Positions 9,910 to 18,729 of a DNA stretch of 64,000 bases are shown here, one piece after another; position 1 is the stretch's first letter; each line of letters opens with the position of its first letter. The DNA is from Nitrosomonas sp. (GTDB taxonomy: Bacteria > Pseudomonadota > Gammaproteobacteria > Burkholderiales > Nitrosomonadaceae). The position numbers and the translations under genes were made by a program. Location of the stretch: the NCBI RefSeq assembly GCF_021582535.1, contig NZ_CP091134.1; one strand, given 5' to 3'. The notes beneath the pieces were generated by a model. It had not been told where the DNA came from. It was given only the letters and a program-made list of their open reading frames with translations, and made no database searches.

Positions 9910-10164
9910 ATGAAAATGAGCCAATTTCTTTTTGTAACAGCGATAAAAATCTGCTTTGTAGTGTTCGGTATTATTCCCTTGGTCAGCGTTATTTTATTTG
10001 GCGCTTTCCCGGCATTGCCACAAATAGACTCTGTTGTAGGTTGGGTGGGAGTGGAAGTGGTGAGTGGATCAATTCTGTTTCTGAGCTATCTTGCTGTTGC
10101 AATGTTGTATATTGTGTCAAAAAATAAAGCGCGTTTTTCTTCAGTAAAAGTTACAGCAGCTTAA
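9910..10164 (+). CDS. Small hypothetical membrane protein (two hydrophobic segments)
   Basis: Strong RBS AGGAGG just upstream of ATG. 84 aa with two long hydrophobic stretches and a basic C-terminus. Confidence 0.6.
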   Translation: MKMSQFLFVTAIKICFVVFGIIPLVSVILFGAFPALPQIDSVVGWVGVEVVSGSILFLSYLAVAMLYIVSKNKARFSSVKVTAA

Positions 10165-10269
10165 ATCCTTATTAGCCTTACAAGGAGTCAATGCTAACAA
10201 ATCCGTCAGTATTGATTCCTTTTTTATTCCTCTTCGGTTTACTTGCAATTCATAAACCCGGCCGGGTAC

Positions 10270-11421
10270 TCAAATCTTCCGGAATTCCGCCAATATTTCA
10301 ATATGCGGGGTATGCGGAAACAAATCAATCAGTTGAATCTCGTTTATTTGCCAGTTGTTTTGTTGAAAGAACCAAGCATCGCGAGCGAAAGTTTCCGGGT
10401 TACAGGAGATATAAATAATCGTTTTTAATGCAGCGAAGCAGGAAAAAAAGCCCTGATGCTTTTTCAGTCCGGCGCGTGGCGGGTCTAAAACCAACGTGGT
10501 TGCATCGCATGCCGTTTTTTGCATGCTCCTCCAAATTGACGGACTGAAAAGATCCGCGACTCGTGGAGTCACTTTGGTCAAAGCTTTATTTTTCAATAAT
10601 TGAATGGCATCCGGGTCGGATTCGTAAGCGAGAAGTGCCGTGCAGTTCGATTCCGCAATGATTTGCGTGAAATTTCCCGAACCGCAAAATAATTCCACCA
10701 CTTTCCCTATCTGAGGGTTGCGAGCGAGCGAATTCCTTAACCACTGTTGCATCCATTGATTTTGCTGCGTGTTACCCTGTTTGAACGGGCGTTTCCGGTT
10801 TGCGCGGATTTCCTCCGGTTGCATGTCGTCATCCAGTTCGATGAACAACCAACTGTCTTCACAGTTTTCCTGCCACGTTTTATTGGGTAACTGCTGAATT
10901 GCCACTTGCAGCAGATTGCGGCATTGTTCATTGAGTACCAGACAATCATTCACCGGTGCAATTTGCTGCGAGTTTTCGGATACGAAACCGAGCTTCACTC
11001 CGTCCGTTTTAATCTGGCAACGGTTGCGGTAGCCATATATTTGCGGCGCTGGCTGAATAGCATTGACATTCAATTGGGACGGATCAAAACCGGCTCGCTG
11101 CATGGCATAGAGGAAGCGATTTCGTTTTTGCTCCAGCTGGCTTGTATAATCAGCGATCATCCAGGAGCAACCGGTACAGGGATTTTCTGCCAAGCTGACA
11201 AAAGGGCATGCGGGTATTTGTCTTTGTGCGGAAGGTTGCGTGAGCTGTATCAATTTGGCATAGGCAAATTTTTTATTATTCAGCGGCTTGTCAATGGTTT
11301 CAAACGCACCGCTATCTCCTGGCCAAGTACCATAAACAAAATAAGAAATGTTATTCTGGGTGTTTTTGACAACACCCAAACCCTTTTGCGATAAATGCGT
11401 TACCGTCCCCGTGAATTTCAT
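10270..11421 (-). CDS. TrmA/RlmD-family RNA (uracil-5) methyltransferase
   Basis: Cys cluster CPF...CTGC, YRNR, ELFCGSGNF SAM motif, LDPPRAG, catalytic YISCNPETFARD, DLFPHTPHIE. Confidence 0.88.
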   Translation of the reverse strand: MKFTGTVTHLSQKGLGVVKNTQNNISYFVYGTWPGDSGAFETIDKPLNNKKFAYAKLIQLTQPSAQRQIPACPFVSLAENPCTGCSWMIADYTSQLEQKRNRFLYAMQRAGFDPSQLNVNAIQPAPQIYGYRNRCQIKTDGVKLGFVSENSQQIAPVNDCLVLNEQCRNLLQVAIQQLPNKTWQENCEDSWLFIELDDDMQPEEIRANRKRPFKQGNTQQNQWMQQWLRNSLARNPQIGKVVELFCGSGNFTQIIAESNCTALLAYESDPDAIQLLKNKALTKVTPRVADLFSPSIWRSMQKTACDATTLVLDPPRAGLKKHQGFFSCFAALKTIIYISCNPETFARDAWFFQQNNWQINEIQLIDLFPHTPHIEILAEFRKI

Positions 11422-11462
11422 GATGAATAGTCAGTTATAGTTATTGAAAAGGAAGATCCGTG

Positions 11463-11930
11463 ATGGCGAATCACTTTGAAAATTTTGCTAAAGATCCTGA
11501 ATTGTTGAAAGCCGATTTGTCACCGTTGCAGTATCAGGTGACACAAAATGCCGGCACCGAACCGCCATTCCAGAATGAATACTGGGATCACAAAGCTGCC
11601 GGGATTTATGTTGACATTGTATCGGGTGAACCGCTGTTTGCGTCAATTCATAAATTTGATTCGGGCACCGGCTGGCCCAGTTTTTACCGGCCGATTGACG
11701 CGCAGTATATCCGGCTTAAGAGCGATTATGCGTCGTGGATGCCGTGCACGGAAGCCCGCAGCCGTTATGCGGATAGTCATCTGGGGCACGTGTTCAACGA
11801 CGGCCCGCCGCCAACCGGCCTGCGTTATTGCATCAACTCTGCCGCGTTAAGGTTTGTAAGAAAAGAGGATTTACAAGCGGAAGGTTATGGCGAGTTGATT
11901 GCATTATTCGCGGATGAAGAAAGAAAATAG
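11463..11930 (+). CDS. msrB: Peptide-methionine (R)-sulfoxide reductase (zinc-free type)
   Basis: Motifs [33 protein letters not shown]. No CxxC zinc motifs. Confidence 0.95.
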   Translation: MANHFENFAKDPELLKADLSPLQYQVTQNAGTEPPFQNEYWDHKAAGIYVDIVSGEPLFASIHKFDSGTGWPSFYRPIDAQYIRLKSDYASWMPCTEARSRYADSHLGHVFNDGPPPTGLRYCINSAALRFVRKEDLQAEGYGELIALFADEERK

Positions 11931-11937
11931 GCTGGCA

Positions 11938-13374
11938 ATGACAGAAACCCGGTCACCCATTGAAGAATTGCTGACGGCGCAACGGCTACCGACCTTATTG
12001 CATGCGCTGGTTTGCTTTGCCGGTGTGTTTCTGTTGATTTCGCTCGGCATGTTCGTATTTGCAATCAGCATTCATGCCGTTATTTTTCTGGCATTGATCT
12101 GGGTGTGTCTGCAAGCGCGCTGGCTGGGTTATTCCTTTCTCGATATCCGGCGCATGATGGATGATGGCATCATCAAAGCGCTGCCAGCAATCTATATTTT
12201 TCTGTTGATCGGCATGGTCATTGCCAGCTTCATGCAGAGCGGCACCATCGCCAGCCTGCTGTATTACGGATTGGATTTGTTGAGTCCGGGCGCATTCCTG
12301 GCGGCAGGGTTGGTCTTATGCAGTTTCATGTCGGTTGCTACCGGCACTTCCTGGGGGACGGTTGGAACCGTTGGCGTGGTGTTGATCGGTATCGGTGAAG
12401 CGATGAACATTCCGCTGCCGCTCGTGGCCGGTATGATTATTTCCGGCGCCACTTTCGGCGATAAATTATCGCCTATCTCGGATACTACCAATCTGGCGGC
12501 CATGAGCGCCGGAACGGGTTTGTACCGGCATATCGGCTCCATGCTCTACACAACGATACCGACGTTACTGATTGTCCTGGTGATCTTCATTATGATCGGA
12601 GAGCACTACAGTGATAATGCCTTACCGCGAGCGCATATTGATGAGATCCGTACCGCCTTGGCAAGCGCTTATCAATTAAACGGCTGGGTGACACTGCTGC
12701 CGCTGCTGCTGATGTTCGGCTTGAGTATCAAACGATACGCCGCCGAAGTGAGCATGTCATGCAGCATCGTGCTGGCCATGCTGATTGCCATCGCTTATCA
12801 AGGCAGGGATGGCGTTGATGTGCTCAATGCATTGTGGGTCAATTCACCGGGTACTACCGGAATTGAAAATATCGACGATTTACTCGGGCGCGGTGGCTTG
12901 TTCAGCATGGCGTGGACGCTCTTGCTATCCATCATGGCGCTAGCGCTTGGCGGAATTATGCATCATGCCGGGTTCCTGCAAGTGCTGCTCACGCATATCG
13001 TCGCGCGTATTCGGCGCGTCAGCACATTGATCGCGACCACCATCCTGTCCGGGTTGATCGGTAACATTGCGATGGGTGAAGCTTATATCTCGATTATTCT
13101 CAATTGCCAGCTGTTCAAGAGCGCGTACCTTGAAAGAAAGGTCGATAGGGCTGTGCTGTCCCGTTCAGTCGAGGAAGGCGCCACCTTGACTACCGGACTC
13201 ATTCCATGGACAACGGCGGGTACTTTTTATGTCGCGACACTGGGCATTCCAACACTGGATTACGCACCCTATGCTTTGCTGAATTTATTGAATCCTTTCG
13301 TTTCCATTGCAATGGCCATCGTTGGAATCGGTTTGTTGCACGAGAAAAATACATCACGGCCGCAGAAGGAATAA
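11938..13374 (+). CDS. nhaC: NhaC-family Na+/H+ antiporter-like transporter
   Basis: Motifs TGTSWGTVGT, FGDKLSPISDTTNLA, LLGRGG, LSRSVEE, LIPW and many TM helices. Start taken at ATG 11938, after the msrB stop. Confidence 0.85.
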   Translation: MTETRSPIEELLTAQRLPTLLHALVCFAGVFLLISLGMFVFAISIHAVIFLALIWVCLQARWLGYSFLDIRRMMDDGIIKALPAIYIFLLIGMVIASFMQSGTIASLLYYGLDLLSPGAFLAAGLVLCSFMSVATGTSWGTVGTVGVVLIGIGEAMNIPLPLVAGMIISGATFGDKLSPISDTTNLAAMSAGTGLYRHIGSMLYTTIPTLLIVLVIFIMIGEHYSDNALPRAHIDEIRTALASAYQLNGWVTLLPLLLMFGLSIKRYAAEVSMSCSIVLAMLIAIAYQGRDGVDVLNALWVNSPGTTGIENIDDLLGRGGLFSMAWTLLLSIMALALGGIMHHAGFLQVLLTHIVARIRRVSTLIATTILSGLIGNIAMGEAYISIILNCQLFKSAYLERKVDRAVLSRSVEEGATLTTGLIPWTTAGTFYVATLGIPTLDYAPYALLNLLNPFVSIAMAIVGIGLLHEKNTSRPQKE

Positions 13375-13376
13375 AG

Positions 13377-13772
13377 ATGAACGAAGTGTCAAATCAACGC
13401 AGTCATTGGAAAACTATACTCATTATTGTGACCGCTCTAATAGGCGGATTTTTATTATCGTTTCTTGGCTTTAGCATACTGGCGAGCGGTATTCCCTGGC
13501 TTGTCCAGCTAGTCATGATTTTGCCATTTTTGCTTTTGTCTTACGGTATATTGCGCTGGAGCAGGGGTGCGATAGGGTTGTGTGCTTTTATCGGCATTGG
13601 TGCCGCGCCGCTTGGACTATTGGTCATGCAGTTTCGTGATACAAACGGTTCGCACCTGATGCCAATACTGATTGTGACCGGCTGGTTGATTGGAATTTGT
13701 GCCGGTTGCTATTGGGGGAAGTTGTCCCGGAAATCTTCAGTAAATTCGTCAAAAGATGTTGTTTCGTTTTGA
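13377..13772 (+). CDS. Hypothetical membrane protein (~4 TM)
   Basis: ATG 2 bp after the nhaC stop (MNEVSNQ...); hydrophobic segments throughout. Confidence 0.65.
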   Translation: MNEVSNQRSHWKTILIIVTALIGGFLLSFLGFSILASGIPWLVQLVMILPFLLLSYGILRWSRGAIGLCAFIGIGAAPLGLLVMQFRDTNGSHLMPILIVTGWLIGICAGCYWGKLSRKSSVNSSKDVVSF

Positions 13773-14041
13773 CTTTCTCTTCCGTAAGAAAGTCACTTTT
13801 TTCTGCTTAAATGAGCTTAGGCAATGACATTCCCGGGACAGAATTCCTGGTAATCTTAGTCATAACCTACTATTAACTCATTATAAAATAAGGATTAATA
13901 GACTATAGATTTAAGTTGTCCCGCAGATTAACATGCAATCGTCATGAGTTCATGCACTGAATCGATTGAACAAAGTTCAGTAGTGAAATTCAAGCGATAT
14001 CCATTTAATTTTAGCTTTATCAATATTTGCGGGAGTAAGAA

Positions 14042-14662
14042 ATGAGTAAACGATTTTATCTGCACAATACAATGATTGCGGCGATGCTGCTGATGACCGG
14101 AGGGTCTGCACACGCTGGACTTTCTTTTGTGGTAACCGATACAGCCACTCGAACCGAAGCATTTAACATCGCAGGATTCGCTACATTGCCCATAGGCTCG
14201 GCAGTTAGCCTTGGACATCTCGATTACACCGGGCCTGGGTCGCAAACAGTTACTTATACTTATCTTGGCCAGGAATCCGGTTTTGTTGACAAATTTTATA
14301 ACACGTTAAGCGGAACCGAACTGCTTGAATCCAATGCAGTTGGAACTTCAGTCAGTTCACTTGTGAGCACGGCCGGGCCGCTGAGCTTCAAATTTGAAGG
14401 CGATGCCGGTAAATTTGCTATTAATGGCGGTCACTGGGATACAGGTACATCGATCGGATTGATTGGCACAAATATGCTGGTCGGATCTACAACCTATGCC
14501 TACGTGCTTGGTTACAATGACAGCGCGGGCACTAAGCATCTGGGTGATTGGGACGACTTCGTGATCGGTGTAAGTGCTGTTCCTGAACCGGAGACCTATG
14601 CAATGTTGTTGGTCGGGCTTGGTTTGGTGGGATTCTCATTAAGTAAGCAAAGACAAAGATAA
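14042..14662 (+). CDS. PEP-CTERM sorting domain protein
   Basis: Signal peptide ending SAHA; C-terminal VPEPETYAMLLVGLGLVGF plus basic tail; RBS GGAG. Confidence 0.93.
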   Translation: MSKRFYLHNTMIAAMLLMTGGSAHAGLSFVVTDTATRTEAFNIAGFATLPIGSAVSLGHLDYTGPGSQTVTYTYLGQESGFVDKFYNTLSGTELLESNAVGTSVSSLVSTAGPLSFKFEGDAGKFAINGGHWDTGTSIGLIGTNMLVGSTTYAYVLGYNDSAGTKHLGDWDDFVIGVSAVPEPETYAMLLVGLGLVGFSLSKQRQR

Positions 14663-14703
14663 AGTATCGATGCCGCGTTTTTTCTGATATTTCTACCGGT
14701 AAA

Positions 14704-14753
14704 AGGCGCTATGGTGAATTGGTCTGTATTTAAGCTGACTTACTATAGCGTCT
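14704..14753 (+). other. Long G-U-rich hairpin downstream of the PEP-CTERM gene
   Basis: aggcgctatggtgaattgg pairs with ctgacttactatagcgtct (19 positions, several G-U pairs, one mismatch). Confidence 0.45.
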
Positions 14754-14848
14754 ATGCAATAAAATTGATGGAATCTCAGAAAGAAAAGAATGGTAATAAA
14801 GATTGGTACCAAATTTAATACGATGAACGATACCGGAATCATACGAAA

Positions 14849-15781
14849 TTGAAATCATTTATCGATATTCAATGCTTGAAAGCTGATAAGAAACGGCAGG
14901 AGTATTCTGATTCCGCTTCCTTGAATCGGCGTTTGCATGACCGGCGCCGGCAGTTTGACCGGCGCGATATATCGATTTTACGTGGACAAGTACGCTATGA
15001 CCGGCGCCGGAATGATCGGCGCGATTTATCCATGCTGCATAAACAGCCGCTCAATATGCGCACGGAATTAGTGAGCGCAGGGTTAACACCGCTGTTTTCT
15101 ACGGCGGCAGGTTATCGCGCTGATTTGCTTCGTATATGGGCCATTACCGAACAAGTGGATTTAAACAGTCATCTGCGCAGTTATTCGGATAATTCACCTT
15201 ATATCTGTATCAATCAATACAACATCAAAGAAGCCGAGACCGCAAGCGACAAATTAGGAGAAATATATCCGGATGCCATCCTGATCGATATGCGGCTAAC
15301 AGCTGACAGAGTGATCGAGCAGTTGCGGATGATCAGAAAAAAGATGGTATCCGTTAAGATAATCCTGCTTTACGAGCAAAATCCTCCGGATTTTATCGAT
15401 GAGATTATCGAGTTTCGTATATCCGGGTTTTTACCGGTTGGCGCTGATCATAAAATATTTGAAAAAGCGATACAGGTAATCGTTCACAGAAAAGAATTGT
15501 GGTTTCCTCATCACGTGGTGCGGTGGATATTTGATGCGTTGTCCGGATGGCACAATACTTCTTGCGCTATTCCGCCAAGAGATATTGTGCTGACTAAAAG
15601 TGAACAAGGAATCATAAAATTGGTAACAAAAGGGTTGACCAACAAGCAGATTGCGCAACAGCTTACTGTAAGTCCGGAAACAGTGAAAAAACATTTAAAA
15701 TCGGTTTTTATCAAAACCGGCGTCCGTAATCGCAGTCAGTTAGTATCCGGTTATTTTTTCAAAATAAATGATTCTAATTAA
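14849..15781 (+). CDS. LuxR/NarL-family regulator with degenerate receiver domain (CsgD/VpsT-like architecture)
   Basis: C-terminal HTH LTKSEQ...GLTNKQIAQQLTVSPETVKKHLKSVFIKTGVRNRSQL; receiver-like PDAILID. Start codon (TTG) is uncertain. Confidence 0.8.
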   Translation: MKSFIDIQCLKADKKRQEYSDSASLNRRLHDRRRQFDRRDISILRGQVRYDRRRNDRRDLSMLHKQPLNMRTELVSAGLTPLFSTAAGYRADLLRIWAITEQVDLNSHLRSYSDNSPYICINQYNIKEAETASDKLGEIYPDAILIDMRLTADRVIEQLRMIRKKMVSVKIILLYEQNPPDFIDEIIEFRISGFLPVGADHKIFEKAIQVIVHRKELWFPHHVVRWIFDALSGWHNTSCAIPPRDIVLTKSEQGIIKLVTKGLTNKQIAQQLTVSPETVKKHLKSVFIKTGVRNRSQLVSGYFFKINDSN

Positions 15782-15858
15782 TGCCGTGTTTGTTACTAAC
15801 GATGCTACTAAAGTGGAGCGAAAACTGGTTGAAAAACAGCAGATTGAAGAACACAGTT

Positions 15859-15890
15859 AATACCCCGTTACTTGCGGCGGGGTGTTTTAT
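15859..15890 (+). terminator. GC-rich hairpin, probable terminator; resembles IS200/IS605-type end hairpins
   Basis: aataccccgtt-acttgc-ggcggggtgtt followed by Ts. Confidence 0.5.
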
Positions 15891-16152
15891 TACGGATTTT
15901 TCTGCTGCGCATGGTACCCATTTAGGGAATATTAATTTTAATCATAGTATAGGAATATACGAGGGCAGAAAAAATTTTTCCTAACCTTTAGAAGAATTAA
16001 CAGATTTGATGTCATTAACTGAGAATGTCAAGTTGATTCTGTAACCTGTGTTAAATGTAAGGCAATGCGTATTTATAAGTGACAGGTAGACAATTAGCAG
16101 CAAAGCATAAATTTATCTATCTGAATTTGTGGTTTTAAAAAAGGAGTCTGGA

Positions 16153-16845
16153 ATGAAAAAAAAATTAGCAATTATAACGGCCTCGATACTGAGTATCATT
16201 GCAGCACCTTCATTTGCGAGTGTCGGTGACACCGCAACTTATAAATTCGACTTGCCTGCCACATCGTCATTTAGCTCGGGTTATCCCAGTGTTGCAGAAC
16301 TTAAAATTACAGAAACAGCGCTCGGTGTTGTCACGTTTGAACTAACCCCGAATTGGGCATCCCCGGGTTTTTCGCACGATGATTCGACAGTGAATAGACT
16401 CGATTTTGTCTACCAAGGACCGGCACTTACAAGTGCAAACTTTTCGCAACCGGCAATTCATGGCGCTGACATCAATAAATTCACTTACCACAGTGATATT
16501 ACGATGGACAGTAGTTACAAATCGGATGATCAGCATATCGTGATCGATTGGTTTGCACACAATAAATCCAACCGGTTCGACGATACGCCTTATACCAACA
16601 GTATCTGGACAATATCAGGAGCAGGTGTAGACATTACGGACTTTACCGGTACAAAAGCTACAACAACATCGGGTAAACCAGAACCTATTTTTGGCATTAT
16701 ATCGGTAGACCCTTATTCGTTGAAAGATCCTCATCCAACACCTTCAAACTGGGTTTCAGCAGTTCCAGAGCCTGAAACCTATGCGATGCTGCTGATTGGA
16801 TTGGGATTGATAGGATTTACACGGCGTCATCAAAGAAGTTTGTGA
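16153..16845 (+). CDS. PEP-CTERM sorting domain protein
   Basis: RBS AAGGAG before ATG 16153; signal peptide MKKKLAII...PSFA; C-terminal VPEPETYAMLLIGLGLIGFTRR. Confidence 0.93.
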   Translation: MKKKLAIITASILSIIAAPSFASVGDTATYKFDLPATSSFSSGYPSVAELKITETALGVVTFELTPNWASPGFSHDDSTVNRLDFVYQGPALTSANFSQPAIHGADINKFTYHSDITMDSSYKSDDQHIVIDWFAHNKSNRFDDTPYTNSIWTISGAGVDITDFTGTKATTTSGKPEPIFGIISVDPYSLKDPHPTPSNWVSAVPEPETYAMLLIGLGLIGFTRRHQRSL

Positions 16846-16912
16846 TTGATATCTAATAAAGATAAAAATAACGATTCTCTTTTTTAGCACAAACTAGAAA
16901 AGAAACTTTCAT

Positions 16913-16950
16913 GAGAGATTCAATGATTCTGATTGAATCTCTTTTTATTT
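16913..16950 (+). terminator. Rho-independent terminator
   Basis: agagattcaat...attgaatctct stem followed by a T tract. Confidence 0.75.
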
Positions 16951-17160
16951 TTTATGATTGTTAATCACGAGAAAGTTTTTTTCATACTTATTTCAGTAAT
17001 GACAAGAATGAGTTTTTGCTAGGACAAAAATCCTAATAAATCAGTAGGATCGGTCTATTGTATTAAATTACTCTTGAAGTTATTCTAACTACAAGTGATG
17101 GAATTTAGCTCTATCTAAAATAGAAAATCAAAATTAAATATTCTTATAGGAGCATTTCAA

Positions 17161-17886
17161 ATGCGTGTTTTATCTGTCGTATCATTGTTCACCTTGCTAA
17201 GTGGCCCAGTAGTTGCGGCGCCTGTGGTTTTTGACTTTGCCAACCTCAAGTACATCGGTTCCACCAATAGCGGTTTTCTGCCAACGGATGGTATTTCCTG
17301 CACTGGCGGCGATTTGTGCAGTTCAAACATTGCATCGTCACTCAGTGGTGATCTAAGTTTCACCAATGGTGGACTTACCGTACACGCCCAAGGTTCATAT
17401 AATGGCGGCGCCTTTGGTTCCAAAGCAGCTGTTGTTCAAGATCATGAAAATGGCTACAACGGAAAACTTTCTGGAAAAGATGCCATCGGCGCCGGTTTAG
17501 GTGTTTATCACAAGAAGGATGATACCAGTGACGATAACATCACTGAAAAAGAAGCAATCTGGCTGCATTTCGACCAGAATGTTTCATTATCTTCAGTCGG
17601 TTTTCGTGCAGAAGGGCATAATACGACTGGCTGGAGCTCTAATGCGACCTTCCAATACAGTTTCGACAATTTAACCTGGACTACAGGATTACTACCAAAA
17701 AACGTAGGTCAATTCGCTTTGAGTCACACCGGGCATGATTTCTACTTTAAATTTGGCGGTGCTCATGCAGATCAATTTTATATCAGCTCAATGACGGTAT
17801 CGGCTGTTCCAGAACCTGAAACTTATGCCATGCTGCTGATTGGATTGGGTTTGGTAAGTTTCTCATTACGCAATAAGAAAGGATAA
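17161..17886 (+). CDS. PEP-CTERM sorting domain protein
   Basis: RBS AGGAG; signal peptide; C-terminal VPEPETYAMLLIGLGLVSFSLRNKK. Confidence 0.93.
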   Translation: MRVLSVVSLFTLLSGPVVAAPVVFDFANLKYIGSTNSGFLPTDGISCTGGDLCSSNIASSLSGDLSFTNGGLTVHAQGSYNGGAFGSKAAVVQDHENGYNGKLSGKDAIGAGLGVYHKKDDTSDDNITEKEAIWLHFDQNVSLSSVGFRAEGHNTTGWSSNATFQYSFDNLTWTTGLLPKNVGQFALSHTGHDFYFKFGGAHADQFYISSMTVSAVPEPETYAMLLIGLGLVSFSLRNKKG

Positions 17887-17952
17887 ACGTCATTAAAATA
17901 AAGATAAAGAAATCCGGTTCTTTCTAGCGCAAGCTAAAGAAAGAATACTTAG

Positions 17953-17990
17953 GAGAGATTCAAACGTTTAGAGTTGAATCTCTCTTTTTT
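17953..17990 (+). terminator. Rho-independent terminator
   Basis: gagagattcaa...ttgaatctctc stem followed by T6. Confidence 0.8.
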
Positions 17991-18172
17991 ATTGTAAATT
18001 GGGTAATCTTTTATAACCCGGGGTTAGTGTTTTTTAGAAGACATCAAGCTTTTTCGGCGTGCTGCTTCGGCAAGCCGGAGAAGCTTCCGGATGAGTACAA
18101 GAACAAATTCAGAGAAAGAAATCCGCTATCTGATCATGGCAAGACTGCCATTTCGAGCGGTTGTGAGAAATC

Positions 18173-18610
18173 TTAAAGCGCAGAAACTATCGCTAATAAA
18201 TCCGGTTTTACCACTACCAATATCACCACCGCAAACAGAACCAATACTGGAAATTCGTTGAACCAGCGGTAAAATACATGGCCGTGCTGGTTGGCGTCGT
18301 TTTTAAATGCCGTGACGTATTTTCCGCAGTAATAATGGTAGTAAATCAATATCAAAACCAGCGCAACTTTGGCATACAACCAATCGCCGGAGAAGCCATA
18401 GCCCACCCACAGCCACACGCCGAACACCACGGTCAACACTGCGCCGGGAGTCATGATACCGTAATACAGTTTGCGTTCCATGATCTTGAAGCGCTCCTTA
18501 CCCGGCGCGTCTTCGCACATGACGTGATAGACGAACAAGCGCGGCAGGTAGAAAAGACCAGCAAACCAGGTGACCATGAAAATGATGTGCAATGATTTTA
18601 TCCAAAGCAT
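18173..18610 (-). CDS. hemJ: Protoporphyrinogen IX oxidase HemJ (CopD/UPF0093 family)
   Basis: MLWIKSLHIIFMVTWFAGLFYLPRLFVYH, MERKL, RWFNEFP, LVVVKP. Start moved to ATG 18610. Confidence 0.9.
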   Translation of the reverse strand: MLWIKSLHIIFMVTWFAGLFYLPRLFVYHVMCEDAPGKERFKIMERKLYYGIMTPGAVLTVVFGVWLWVGYGFSGDWLYAKVALVLILIYYHYYCGKYVTAFKNDANQHGHVFYRWFNEFPVLVLFAVVILVVVKPDLLAIVSAL

Positions 18611-18729
18611 GGCAGTGCGATTGATTAGTGTTAAAGTTGGTATGATACTGGGCTTGCGATGTTCGCGCCATCCCTTGGAATCGATGAAACTGCACACTGT
18701 TTAAAATTGAATTGAGAAGCGAGATTACG

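Noticed and set aside
13206-13376. N-terminal extension of the 188-aa ORF
   Set aside because: Overlaps nhaC; the ATG at 13377 fits better.
15781-15984. 67-aa ORF
   Set aside because: Runs through a terminator-like hairpin; no RBS or motif.
18048-18086. Hairpin with a UUCG loop as a possible sRNA
   Set aside because: Short, lies between convergent genes and matches no family I recognise; may just end hemJ transcripts.
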